Of a stretch of 64,000 nt of DNA, positions 27,353 to 37,047 are shown piece by piece. The notes under the pieces are model-generated. The model was not told the origin of the DNA, did not search any database, and saw only the letters and a program-made list of their open reading frames with translations. Within the stretch, counting starts at the first letter, position 1. Every line of letters starts with the position of its first letter. Position numbers and translations under genes: made by a program. The DNA lies in assembly GCA_046347205.1 (NCBI GenBank), contig JAXMGN010000002.1:670224-734223 (forward strand), read 5' to 3'. The DNA is from Pseudomonadales bacterium (GTDB taxonomy: Bacteria; Pseudomonadota; Gammaproteobacteria; Pseudomonadales; UBA7239).

Positions 27353-28060
27353 ATGGCAGCCGCCAATGTTGATCCCTCTGAAATTGCCAAATTTGAAGCC
27401 CTAGCCGACCGCTGGTGGGACCCAACCAGTGAGTTCAAACCGTTGCACGACATCAACCCTCTGCGCTGCAACTACATCGACGAGCGTGCGCCACTGGCCG
27501 GCAAAGTGGTGCTGGATGTGGGCTGCGGTGGCGGCATTTTGTCGGAAGCCATGGCGCAGCGTGGCGCACAAGTGACCGGCATCGACATGGGGCAGGCACC
27601 GTTGTCCGTAGCGAAGCTACACGCCTTGGAGAGCGGCGTGACTATCGACTACCAGCAAAAACCCGTCGAGCAACTGGCCGCCGAGCAGCCCGCCCACTAC
27701 GACATCGTGACCTGCTTGGAAATGTTGGAGCATGTGCCCAGCCCCGCCTCCATCATTCGCGCCTGTGCCGACCTCGCCAAACCGGGTGCGAACCTGTTTT
27801 TCTCCACCATCAACCGCAACCCCAAAGCCTATGCCTTTGCCATCGTCGGTGCCGAATATCTGTTGAAGCTGCTGCCCAAAGGCACGCACGAATACAGCAA
27901 ATTTATCCGCCCTGCCGAGCTGGCTGGCTGGATACGCGAGGCCGGCTTGTCGCTAGAAAACATCACAGGAATGACCTATAACCCGTTGATTAAAAAATAC
28001 TCCTTGTCGAACAGCGATATCAGCGTCAACTACATAGTCCACGCGAAAAAACCGAGCTAA
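27353..28060 (+). CDS. ubiG: bifunctional 2-polyprenyl-6-hydroxyphenol / 3-demethylubiquinol O-methyltransferase
   Basis: SAM-binding motif [13 protein letters not shown] and conserved N-terminal [11 protein letters not shown]. Confidence 0.9.
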   Translation: MAAANVDPSEIAKFEALADRWWDPTSEFKPLHDINPLRCNYIDERAPLAGKVVLDVGCGGGILSEAMAQRGAQVTGIDMGQAPLSVAKLHALESGVTIDYQQKPVEQLAAEQPAHYDIVTCLEMLEHVPSPASIIRACADLAKPGANLFFSTINRNPKAYAFAIVGAEYLLKLLPKGTHEYSKFIRPAELAGWIREAGLSLENITGMTYNPLIKKYSLSNSDISVNYIVHAKKPS

Positions 28061-28064
28061 TCCA

Positions 28065-28730
28065 ATGAAATTAAAAGCAATTTTGTTTGATTTGGACGGC
28101 ACCTTACTCGACACCGCCCCTGACTTCATTGTTTGCGTGAATCGCCTGCGCGAACAGCTCGATAAACTTCCGTTGGCCGATACCACCATCCGCGCGCAAG
28201 TCTCTAACGGCGCGCGCGCCATGACGCGTTTGGCCGCCGAGTTACCGGAGGGCGACCCGGCCATCGAAGCGCTCAACTGCCAACTGGTTGCCACCTATCA
28301 GACCATTCTCGGACAAAACAGTACCTTGTTCGCCGGCATCCACCACAGCTTGCAATGGGCAGCCGAAAGGGGGTTAGCTTGGGGCATCATCACCAATAAA
28401 CCCAGCTACCTCACCCTGCCGCTGATGGAGAAGCTGCCACTTCCCTCGCCGCCCGCCACAATTGTTTGCCCCGATCACGTCTCGCGCAGCAAGCCCGACC
28501 CAGAGCCTATGCTGCTGGCCTGCCAGCACTGCGGCTGCGAGCCATCCGAGGCTATCTATTTTGGCGACCACGAGCGCGACATCGCCGCCGGCCGCGCCGC
28601 CGGCATGCTCACCGTTGCCTGCGAATGGGGCTACATCGACCCCAACGAAAACATCGAGCATTGGCAAGCCGACTTCCGCTTGCGCTCCGCCGCTGAAATC
28701 CCCGCATTACTGACTAGACTAAACGCATGA
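28065..28730 (+). CDS. HAD-superfamily phosphatase (phosphoglycolate phosphatase / MupP-like)
   Basis: HAD motif I FDLDGTLLDT and motif IV GDHERDI. Position after ubiG, as in Pseudomonas. Confidence 0.75.
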   Translation: MKLKAILFDLDGTLLDTAPDFIVCVNRLREQLDKLPLADTTIRAQVSNGARAMTRLAAELPEGDPAIEALNCQLVATYQTILGQNSTLFAGIHHSLQWAAERGLAWGIITNKPSYLTLPLMEKLPLPSPPATIVCPDHVSRSKPDPEPMLLACQHCGCEPSEAIYFGDHERDIAAGRAAGMLTVACEWGYIDPNENIEHWQADFRLRSAAEIPALLTRLNA

Positions 28731-29497
28731 AAAGCATACACACCTTGCCCGCTGGCTACTCACCCCGCACCGATCTTTTGGCGGAGCGCGTGATTCTCGT
28801 GACCGGCGCTGGCGATGGCATAGGCCGCGCCGCCGCGCACAGTTTTGCCGCTCACGGAGCTACGGTGATTTTGCTGGGCAAAACGCAAGAAAAACTGGAG
28901 TGGGTGTACGACGAAATTCTCGCCGCTGGCCACCCCGAACCGATGATCCTGCCACTGGATTTGCAGTACCTCACACCGGATACCGCGCAGGCCATTGCCG
29001 ACACCATCGGCGAAGAACTGGGGCGATTGGACGGTCTGCTGCACAACGCCGCCCTGCTCGGCACCGTCACACCCATCGCTGATTACAGCCCCGAGCGCTG
29101 GCAACAGGTGATGCAAGTGAATGTCCACGCCGCTTTTCTGCTGACCAAAACCTTACTGCCGCTGCTGACGCAAGCGCCCGATGCCAGCATCTTATTCACC
29201 ACCTCCTCCGTTGGCCGCCAAGGTCGCGCCTTTTGGGGCGCATACGCCGTGAGCAAATTTGCGGTGGAAGGCATGATGGAAACGCTGGCCGACGAATTGG
29301 AAGAAGTGACGCGCGTGCGCGTCAATGCCATCAACCCTGGCGGCACCCGCACGCGCATGCGCGCGGCGGCTTATCCAGGCGAGAATCCCAACACGCGCCC
29401 CGCCGCAGACAGCTTGATGCCGCTGTATTTGTATTTAATGGGGCCAGACAGCGATAACATCACAGGTCGCAGCTTTGATGCACAGCCCAGCACATAA
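28727..29497 (+). CDS. yciK: YciK-family SDR oxidoreductase
   Basis: Rossmann motif VTGAGDGIGRA and catalytic YAVSK. Confidence 0.8.
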   Translation: MKSIHTLPAGYSPRTDLLAERVILVTGAGDGIGRAAAHSFAAHGATVILLGKTQEKLEWVYDEILAAGHPEPMILPLDLQYLTPDTAQAIADTIGEELGRLDGLLHNAALLGTVTPIADYSPERWQQVMQVNVHAAFLLTKTLLPLLTQAPDASILFTTSSVGRQGRAFWGAYAVSKFAVEGMMETLADELEEVTRVRVNAINPGGTRTRMRAAAYPGENPNTRPAADSLMPLYLYLMGPDSDNITGRSFDAQPST

Positions 29498-29515
29498 ATA
29501 AAAAATACAAGAGGG

Positions 29516-30175
29516 ATGCCGATGAAAATGCTACTCGCCGTACTGCTGATTTTTACCAGTTATTGTGTCAGCGCAGATGTTTACAAATGGACAGACAAAC
29601 ACGGCGTTGTGCATTACGGCGATCAACCACCAGCCAGCACGGATAAAAACGCATCCGCAGTGAGCGCAGTGGAATTGTCACCCATTCAAATATCCAATAA
29701 CGGCACGGTGACCAACCCTGCACAAACGCCTCGCAAAGATTTAGCACTGCCCAACAACACAGATGCATTATCACTAAAAAATTGGTCCACACTTGGCAGC
29801 ACAGTGCTGCTCTTTGTGGAGCAATGGCAGCAATACGCTAACGCGTTACTCAGTGAAATCCTTGCACAGATTGATATATGGCGTGGCACAACGCCAACAC
29901 TCACCAACGACAATCTCAACACAACACCTGCCACATCAGCACCTGCCAACAAAGTGGAAATCTATACCGCTGTTTGGTGTGGTGCTTGCAAAAAAGCCAA
30001 GCAGTGGCTGCGCGGAAAAAATATTCCATTTCAAGAATATGATGTAGAAAAAGATGCCAACGCCGCATTGCGTATGCAAAAGCTGGGGGGCGGTGGCGGC
30101 ATTCCTTTTGCGGTCATCAATGGCAGCACCATTGAAGGTTTTAGCGCCTACCGCTATTCCTCAGCTCTGCATTGA
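29516..30175 (+). CDS. DUF4124 domain / glutaredoxin-like domain fusion protein
   Basis: Signal peptide, DUF4124 signature VYKWTDKHGVVHYGDQPP, and a C-terminal thioredoxin-fold segment VEIYTAVWCGACKKAKQWL. Confidence 0.7.
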   Translation: MPMKMLLAVLLIFTSYCVSADVYKWTDKHGVVHYGDQPPASTDKNASAVSAVELSPIQISNNGTVTNPAQTPRKDLALPNNTDALSLKNWSTLGSTVLLFVEQWQQYANALLSEILAQIDIWRGTTPTLTNDNLNTTPATSAPANKVEIYTAVWCGACKKAKQWLRGKNIPFQEYDVEKDANAALRMQKLGGGGGIPFAVINGSTIEGFSAYRYSSALH

Positions 30176-30191
30176 CACACCAGCACAACAC

Positions 30192-31775
30192 ATGACCACA
30201 GCGACACCACCTGCACATTTTTTTATCCGCCTGCTGTGGTTTTTTATTCTCGCTGTTTTTTTTGCTTTGCGTATCGACACCAGTCCGCGCACCTATTTTC
30301 AGATTGATGATCAAATTGTTGTGTGGGCTGTGGATGACGCGGTCAACAACGGCAATTGGCAGCCAGACTGGTATCGCCTAGGCGCACAGGCCGCGCAGCA
30401 AAAAGGTATCGCACACACCGAGATACGCGACGAACCAGCGCGCGAACACCACTACAACTTTAGCGGCCACATGCTGCTATCTGCCGCCATCATCAAACCA
30501 CTACGGCTGCTCGGCATCACCACACCCACGATAGTTTTACTGCATCAAATCGCTGTGTTTTGGGATGCCATCAGCCTGTTATTTATCGTCTTGGTTGCCC
30601 GAACTGTCGGTAGAACAACAGCCAACCAAGAAATACTCGCCCTGTGCAGCGCGATGATCTACACCGTGCTTCCACTCGCCGTACAAGGCAGCCACTACGC
30701 CAGACCCGACGCCCTGCTCACTGCCATGGGTTCTGTGTTGTTGTGGTTGACCTTCAAAAAAAATACGTGGAAAAACAGTACTTGGTTGCTGGCTAACGGC
30801 GCCGTGTTAGGTATTGCAACAGCAGGCAAAGCCAGCCAACTTATGTTAGGTATTTTTCCAGCGCTGGCTTGCTGCACACCACTGCTGCACACCGCAAATC
30901 GCGACACCAAAACATTGCTACAAATTGCCCTGCAAGGCCTTGCGCTATTGGCAATCGTACTGGCTGTTTTACAACTGATGTTTTTTTGTGGCGACATGAG
31001 CGCACGCGACTTCTGGCTCAGTGTGCGCAGCGTACAGCTGTACTACCAAAATCCACAGCCGCCAGAGCTGCTGGCGCGCTACAGCTTTTTCATCCAACTA
31101 AAAAATATTGCCGCCTATTTTTACGCCACACTGGGCTGGCCGCTGCTAGCCATCAGCGTTATCGGAGCGATAACGCTTGCTGCACAAAAGCAAATTAAAA
31201 CGCTTCTATTACTGACCGTTCCGCTCACACTGTTTACGCTGTACTTTGCCAGCATTCCCGCTTTTTTTGATCGCAGTTTTTGTGGCTTAGCGGCGACGAT
31301 GACTTTACTGCCCGCCCTTGGCATCACCGCCATCACACAAAGAGCACCAGCCAAACTCTTGTTAACAATACTTCTAACGCTGCTCATCTGCTGGCGACCC
31401 ATTGCCATCCAATACCCTTTGCAAACCAATCTCTTGCGTTCATACCACAATGACAAACGCTTGATATTTCAGCAACAACTTAAGCAACAGTGGTCAGACA
31501 AAAATAGAAAAACTTACTGGATCAAAAATATTGATCGCCGCGACCTTTTCTCTCAAACCTTGCCTGAAGCTCTCACCGGCAACCCACGCATTTTTATGGT
31601 GGAAGATTTGAACGACAACAACTCGCGTCTTTACTTACAAAAAATGCGTGACAACGGCTATGTGCAAATTGCCGAGTACGAAGGCGCTTTTACCAATATG
31701 CCGACCAATAGTTTGATTGTTGTTCACGAGGCTGCGCGGTTTTATTATTTTGTTCGCACGCAAGATTTGCACTAG
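30192..31775 (+). CDS. polytopic inner-membrane protein, possibly a GT-C-fold (ArnT/PMT-like) glycosyltransferase
   Basis: About 527 aa with at least 10 hydrophobic helices and an acidic first loop (QIDDQIVVWAVDD), followed by a soluble C-terminal domain. Start set at ATG 30192 to avoid overlap with the upstream gene. The function is a guess. Confidence 0.45.
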   Translation: MTTATPPAHFFIRLLWFFILAVFFALRIDTSPRTYFQIDDQIVVWAVDDAVNNGNWQPDWYRLGAQAAQQKGIAHTEIRDEPAREHHYNFSGHMLLSAAIIKPLRLLGITTPTIVLLHQIAVFWDAISLLFIVLVARTVGRTTANQEILALCSAMIYTVLPLAVQGSHYARPDALLTAMGSVLLWLTFKKNTWKNSTWLLANGAVLGIATAGKASQLMLGIFPALACCTPLLHTANRDTKTLLQIALQGLALLAIVLAVLQLMFFCGDMSARDFWLSVRSVQLYYQNPQPPELLARYSFFIQLKNIAAYFYATLGWPLLAISVIGAITLAAQKQIKTLLLLTVPLTLFTLYFASIPAFFDRSFCGLAATMTLLPALGITAITQRAPAKLLLTILLTLLICWRPIAIQYPLQTNLLRSYHNDKRLIFQQQLKQQWSDKNRKTYWIKNIDRRDLFSQTLPEALTGNPRIFMVEDLNDNNSRLYLQKMRDNGYVQIAEYEGAFTNMPTNSLIVVHEAARFYYFVRTQDLH

Positions 31776-31789
31776 CAACGGAAACCTGT

Positions 31790-33025
31790 ATGCGATTACC
31801 TCGTCTACTGACAGCAGAAATACCTGAAATTAGCGAACGCTGGCGCTGGCTGATGCTGCCCATCATGCTGTTGTTTGCCATCGGTTACGCACTGACCGTT
31901 ACCGTCGATGCCGTGTTTCATCACAACATCATGGTGGGACCCGGCTTTGTTGATGACGGCAACAGCGGCTACGCGCTGGCTCTGCAAGCACTTGCCCATA
32001 TCGAGCAGCAATATCCGCTGCAGAGCCAATTATTTTTCTGGATTTTTCTGCCGCTGCTGGCTTTTGTAATGGTGCAAAACGCTATCGTGACATTTCGCAG
32101 CTATACACATTTTGAACGCGCTACCGGCAAGCCTTATTCGTTGCGTGAGTTTGCCTTGATGTTTGCGCTAAACGGTATTCAAGTGCTGATATTGCTCGTC
32201 ATGTTGTTCGTCATTGGCTGGCTGTATCAACTGTCAGGCGGTCAATTTAGCGATGGCTGGCAGTTGGTCTACCGCATCACCGTATGGTGCCAGTCTGCGC
32301 TCAAACACATCCCCACACTCATCACCTTGCCACGCCCTCTGCCATTGCTACTCAGCCTACTGTTGGCGGACTTGGCTTTTTACGGCTTGCACAGAATCAG
32401 CCACAGTTATCGCCTTCCTTGGTTATTACTGCATCGCTCACATCACATGACAGAGCACTTGATGATGCCAACCACGCAGCCGGTGTTTGTTGCAGCGCCG
32501 CTATTTTTGCTGGTGGCAGTTCCCCTGCAACTGCTCGTCGGTCTCAGCACACAGTTATTTAATCCAGAGCCGATGATTGTCGAAGCCTTAATACTGCGTT
32601 TGTTCAATCATAGCTTGGGAATCTATTCACACTGCGAGGCGTATTACGCACAGATGCAACACAACCGCTGGCTGCGGCGGCTGAGTGCGTTTTTTGGTAT
32701 CGGCAACTACCACTACATTCACCACTCTGCCAAACGCGAGCACAGTTTGATCAATCTCGGCAATTTTGGCTGGATGCTGTGGGATCGCGTATTTGGCACG
32801 TTTGTAGAGCCACCCGACGTACCACCTCCTACTGGGCTGACCAACAACCCGCCGTTGTACCCAAACCCCTTGCGGCTGGCACTCGCCGGCGTGCTGCAAA
32901 TTGGCTACGAACTGGCTCATAACCCCCTCAAGCTGTGGCCACGCATTCTGTTTGCCGACAGTTGGTACACACCGCCCGTGAGCCAAGACTTTGCCATTCG
33001 CCCCATAAATAACCAAAAGAAATAA
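31790..33025 (+). CDS. fatty acid hydroxylase / sterol desaturase family membrane protein
   Basis: Histidine boxes are present: HRISHSYRLPWLLLHRSHH, HSLGIYSH and YHYIHH. Confidence 0.75.
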   Translation: MRLPRLLTAEIPEISERWRWLMLPIMLLFAIGYALTVTVDAVFHHNIMVGPGFVDDGNSGYALALQALAHIEQQYPLQSQLFFWIFLPLLAFVMVQNAIVTFRSYTHFERATGKPYSLREFALMFALNGIQVLILLVMLFVIGWLYQLSGGQFSDGWQLVYRITVWCQSALKHIPTLITLPRPLPLLLSLLLADLAFYGLHRISHSYRLPWLLLHRSHHMTEHLMMPTTQPVFVAAPLFLLVAVPLQLLVGLSTQLFNPEPMIVEALILRLFNHSLGIYSHCEAYYAQMQHNRWLRRLSAFFGIGNYHYIHHSAKREHSLINLGNFGWMLWDRVFGTFVEPPDVPPPTGLTNNPPLYPNPLRLALAGVLQIGYELAHNPLKLWPRILFADSWYTPPVSQDFAIRPINNQKK

Positions 33026-33117
33026 ACTTACAAAAAATAAATCTTTCAGTTATAAGAAACCGGCTGCTAGGATGCCTTCCTCGCTTATCAATACCGGCTC
33101 CGCCGCTGGAGGAACTC

Positions 33118-33924
33118 ATGCAATTTGAACTCTTTGGTCTACACCTCGAATGGGTCTATGCCCTATCCGGCCTTGCTGTTGGCTTTATTGTTGGCATGAC
33201 CGGCGTAGGCGGCGGCAGCTTGATGACCCCTATCTTGCTGTTCTTTGGCATTCCCCCTACCACAGCCGTCGGCACCGATCTGCTGTACGCCGCCATCACC
33301 AAAGCGGGCGGTATTTTTGTGCATCAACGCAAGGGCAACATCAACTGGCGCATCGCGGGGCTGCTGGCGCTCGGCAGCCTGCCTGCTGCGGTACTGACAC
33401 TGTTCGTCATGCATCAAGTCGGATTTGAGAGCAAGCACGTCAACAGCACCATCAAAATTGCCTTGGGCGTGACACTGGTTTTCACTGCACTGACTATCGT
33501 GTTCAAACAAAAACTGCTGCATTGGAGTCACAACAGCAACGCCATTTTTACGCGCATGAGCATGGCACAGCGTGAAAAAGCCACTGTCGTCACCGGCGTT
33601 ATTTTAGGTGTTACGGTTACTGTCACCTCCATTGGCGCGGGCGCACTCGGCACCGTGGCATTATTTTTGGTTTATCCCATTCTGCCGGTGGCGCGACTGG
33701 TCGGCACTGAAATTGCACACGCTGTGCCACTCACCTTAATTGCAGGTCTCGGTCACGCAGGGCTGGGCAACGTGAATTGGGATTTACTGATTAACTTGCT
33801 CATTGGCTCGCTGCCCGGCATCTATATTGGCAGTCATTTAACGGCGGCCGTGCCAGAAAAAGTCTTGCGCCCCGTACTCGCCACCATCATGGTTTTGGTC
33901 GGCGCAAAATTGGTGATGGTTTGA
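33118..33924 (+). CDS. TauE/SafE (TSUP, DUF81) family anion exporter membrane protein (second copy, core-like GC)
   Basis: 268-aa polytopic protein with MTGVGGGSLMTPILL and SIGAGALGTV repeats. Confidence 0.8.
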   Translation: MQFELFGLHLEWVYALSGLAVGFIVGMTGVGGGSLMTPILLFFGIPPTTAVGTDLLYAAITKAGGIFVHQRKGNINWRIAGLLALGSLPAAVLTLFVMHQVGFESKHVNSTIKIALGVTLVFTALTIVFKQKLLHWSHNSNAIFTRMSMAQREKATVVTGVILGVTVTVTSIGAGALGTVALFLVYPILPVARLVGTEIAHAVPLTLIAGLGHAGLGNVNWDLLINLLIGSLPGIYIGSHLTAAVPEKVLRPVLATIMVLVGAKLVMV

Positions 33925-33987
33925 TCTCACCACCGCAAAACGACGGTGATAAGATGAAATAAGACTCTGACACAGGACATCAACCGT

Positions 33988-34956
33988 ATGACTACTTTGC
34001 TCGATCAACTGCGCACATTTTCTGAAGTGGTTTCTGATACCGGCGATATAGAAGCCATTGCGAAATTCAAACCGATAGGTGCAACCACCAATCCATCTCT
34101 GCTGCTAAAAGCCAGCCAGCTACCCGTTTATGCGCCCTTGATTGATGAGAGCATTGCATGGGCAAAGCAACAACAGCCAAGCAACACTGACGCCACCACC
34201 ACCGCGCAATTGGCGGCAGTCGCTTTGGCGGTAAAAGTAGGCTGTGAAATCACGCGCCACATTTCTGGACGCGTTTCCACTGAAGTGGATGCAAGGCTAT
34301 CGTTTGACACACAAGCCACGATCCAGCGCGCGCGATTACTGATTCAGCTTTACGAACAACTCGGCGTTGCACGCAATCGCGTATTGATAAAAATTGCTTC
34401 GACTTGGGAAGGGATACAAGCGGCGCGCGTGTTAGAAAAAGACAATATCCAGTGCAACCTCACTTTACTTTTCTCCTTTGCGCAGGCACGCGCTTGTGCC
34501 GATGCTGGCGTGTTTCTCATCTCTCCATTTGTCGGTCGCGTGCTGGATTGGCATGTCAAAAACACTGATATCAAAACTTTTATTCCTGCAGAAGAGCCTG
34601 GTGTCGCCTTGGTGAAACACATTTACCAACATTACAAAGCGCACGGCATCAACACCGTGGTAATGGCAGCCAGTTTTCGCAATTCCGGTGAAATTATTGC
34701 GCTGGCGGGCTGTGACAACCTCACCATCAGCCCTGCTCTACTCGATGAACTGAGTAACACCCAAGGCACACTGCAACGGCAACTGATTGCAAACCCTGCT
34801 GCTGCAAAAAACTCACCGCCTATTGATGAAAAAACCTTTCGCTGGCAGATGAATGAAGATGCCATGGCCACTGAAAAATTAGCCGAAGGTATTCGCCTGT
34901 TCACCACTGATCAAGTAGCACTGGAAACTCAACTGGCTCAACGCATCGCCAAATAA
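33988..34956 (+). CDS. tal: transaldolase
   Basis: [10 protein letters not shown] motif and the Schiff-base lysine context [11 protein letters not shown]. Confidence 0.95.
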   Translation: MTTLLDQLRTFSEVVSDTGDIEAIAKFKPIGATTNPSLLLKASQLPVYAPLIDESIAWAKQQQPSNTDATTTAQLAAVALAVKVGCEITRHISGRVSTEVDARLSFDTQATIQRARLLIQLYEQLGVARNRVLIKIASTWEGIQAARVLEKDNIQCNLTLLFSFAQARACADAGVFLISPFVGRVLDWHVKNTDIKTFIPAEEPGVALVKHIYQHYKAHGINTVVMAASFRNSGEIIALAGCDNLTISPALLDELSNTQGTLQRQLIANPAAAKNSPPIDEKTFRWQMNEDAMATEKLAEGIRLFTTDQVALETQLAQRIAK

Positions 34957-34964
34957 ACCGCCAT

Positions 34965-34992
34965 AAAAAAGCCCGCATTGTGCGGGCTTCTC
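34965..34992. terminator. terminator hairpin between convergent tal and ssb
   Basis: AAGCCCGCA-TTG-TGCGGGCTT, with a T-run on the minus strand (ssb side). Confidence 0.6.
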
Positions 34993-35010
34993 TCTATCGC
35001 TCTGCAATAA

Positions 35011-35493
35011 TCAGAACGGAATATCATCGTCAAACTGATCAAAACCTGCTGGTGGTGCCTGCTCTTGCTGTCGTCCAGCGTTCGCATTGCTACTGCGGCT
35101 ACTGCCCATGTTTTGATTGCGCGGTTCAGCAGAGAAGCCACTGCTATCACCACCGCGACTGTCTAGCATTTGCATTTCACTGGCGACGATTTCTGTGGTG
35201 TATCTGTCCTGTCCGCTTTGATCTTGCCACTTGCGCGTGCGCAGCGACCCTTCAATGTAAACCTTGCCGCCTTTTTTCAGATAATCACCGGCAATTTCAC
35301 CCAAGCGACCGAAAAATACCACGCGATGCCATTCCGTGCGCTCCTGATTTTCACCCGTCTGCTTGTCTTTCCATGTTTCGCTGGTTGCCAGCGTGATGTT
35401 GGTAATGGCACCGCCACCAGGCGAAACACGCGTCTCTGGATCCTTGCCTAAATTCCCTACCAAAATAACTTTGTTAACGCCTCTGGCTGCCAT
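35011..35493 (-). CDS. ssb: single-stranded DNA-binding protein
   Basis: OB-fold N-terminus [16 protein letters not shown], Gly/Gln-rich linker and acidic tail DDDIPF. Confidence 0.97.
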   Translation of the reverse strand: MAARGVNKVILVGNLGKDPETRVSPGGGAITNITLATSETWKDKQTGENQERTEWHRVVFFGRLGEIAGDYLKKGGKVYIEGSLRTRKWQDQSGQDRYTTEIVASEMQMLDSRGGDSSGFSAEPRNQNMGSSRSSNANAGRQQEQAPPAGFDQFDDDIPF

Positions 35494-35563
35494 AAATACG
35501 CTCCTGTCCTCTATATGAATGAATACCGCCCGCCCGACATTGGCGAATGGTGCCAGCGCACTA

Positions 35564-35583
35564 TACTGGATATTAAATCAGTA
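35564..35583. promoter_or_regulatory. LexA (SOS) box TACTGGATATTAAATCAGTA upstream of ssb
   Basis: Matches the gammaproteobacterial consensus TACTG-N10-CAGTA exactly in both arms. It lies 71-90 nt upstream of the ssb start codon. Confidence 0.65.
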
Positions 35584-35600
35584 TCACAGAGGTGCAGCCG

Positions 35601-36962
35601 TTATTCTGGCGCGCGCAAACTGTCCAGTGCAGCGTGATCCAAAACCGCGTTATCGACCTTGAGATAAGCCATGTTTTCTTCCGGTACCACCAGCACTTGC
35701 GCCACCCCAGTGATCGTTCGCAATTGCTCGCGCACAGCATCCGCATCACCCTGAAAATGCAGCATGACGTTCAACCAATACTGCGGCGCCTGCATGGTAG
35801 CAGCCAGCCAACACCAACCCATCACAGGCAAGACCAATACCCAAAACAACCAGCGTGGCTCCCCTAAATGCAACATGAGCCCACCGAGTGCCCCACCCGC
35901 AAAAGTACCCAAAAACTGGCAGGTGGAATACACCCCCATCGCCGAGCCCCTGCCTCCGGCAAACGCTTGCTTGCTCACCAACGAAGGCAGCTGTGCTTCC
36001 AGTAAATTGAACGCAAAGAAAAACAAAAACAGACCAGCCACTAGCCCAGCATTAAATTGATACGCCGCACCGAGGAACAACAATGCAAACACCAGCACCG
36101 CCACGGCCAACACAAACACTTCTTTCACTAAGCGTTTTTTTTCTGCAATCACCATCAAGGGAATCATCGCCACAAAAGAGCCGCCTAACACGGGTAAATA
36201 CACTTCCCAGTGATGACTGCGATCCAAACCCAATTGTTTTTCTAATAAACGCGGCACAATGACAAATGACGCCATCAATGTCATATGCAAACAAAAAATA
36301 CCGCTGTTCAAACGCAAGAGTTGTGAGTCACTCAATACGCGCCACAACAGTGAAGGTACGGGCAAAGTGTCGCGATGTGGAGAATGCAATGTTTCTGCTG
36401 GCGGTTCTGGCAGCACGAACAACACCAAAAAAAAGCCTCCCAAGCCCAACACCGCCGTCGCCCAGAAGAGGCCCGACAAGCCGCCCCAATGCGCCAAGAC
36501 CGGCCCCAACATCATCGCCACGCCGAAAGAAACACCGATGGACGCACCAATCGTCGCCATCGCTTTGGTGCGATTTTGTTCCGAAGTGAGATCCGACACC
36601 ATCGCCATCAGCGTGCCGGAAATAGCACCTGCACCTTGCAGACCGCGACCAATAATCAAGCCATAAATAGATGTGGACATGGCCGCTACGACACTGCCGA
36701 CCACAAAAGCAGCCAAACCGCCAATGACCACACCACGCCGACCGATACGATCCGACAGCACGCTCAAGGGAATCTGTAGCACGGCCTGTGTTGCGCCATA
36801 CATACCCATCGCGATACCAATCAGCATCGGGGTACTGGCTGTGTAATTCACACCATAGAGTGACAGAACCGGCAGCACCAAAAATAAACCCAGCATACGC
36901 AAGGTATACAGCGACGCCAGCGTGGTCACCGCACGCTTTTCCTGTTGCAAATTAACTGGCAC
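35601..36962 (-). CDS. MFS transporter (YajR-like, with a C-terminal soluble domain)
   Basis: 12-TM MFS layout with the motif-A-like LSDRIGRR. The ~70-aa C-terminal cytosolic extension resembles the YajR YAM domain. Confidence 0.8.
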   Translation of the reverse strand: MPVNLQQEKRAVTTLASLYTLRMLGLFLVLPVLSLYGVNYTASTPMLIGIAMGMYGATQAVLQIPLSVLSDRIGRRGVVIGGLAAFVVGSVVAAMSTSIYGLIIGRGLQGAGAISGTLMAMVSDLTSEQNRTKAMATIGASIGVSFGVAMMLGPVLAHWGGLSGLFWATAVLGLGGFFLVLFVLPEPPAETLHSPHRDTLPVPSLLWRVLSDSQLLRLNSGIFCLHMTLMASFVIVPRLLEKQLGLDRSHHWEVYLPVLGGSFVAMIPLMVIAEKKRLVKEVFVLAVAVLVFALLFLGAAYQFNAGLVAGLFLFFFAFNLLEAQLPSLVSKQAFAGGRGSAMGVYSTCQFLGTFAGGALGGLMLHLGEPRWLFWVLVLPVMGWCWLAATMQAPQYWLNVMLHFQGDADAVREQLRTITGVAQVLVVPEENMAYLKVDNAVLDHAALDSLRAPE

Positions 36963-37047
36963 GAGGGAGCTCCAAAAACAGCAGGATTAGGGAGAAAAAA
37001 TGCGCCGCCATTCTACAGGCACGCGCCTGCAGGCGGCAGTACTGAGA

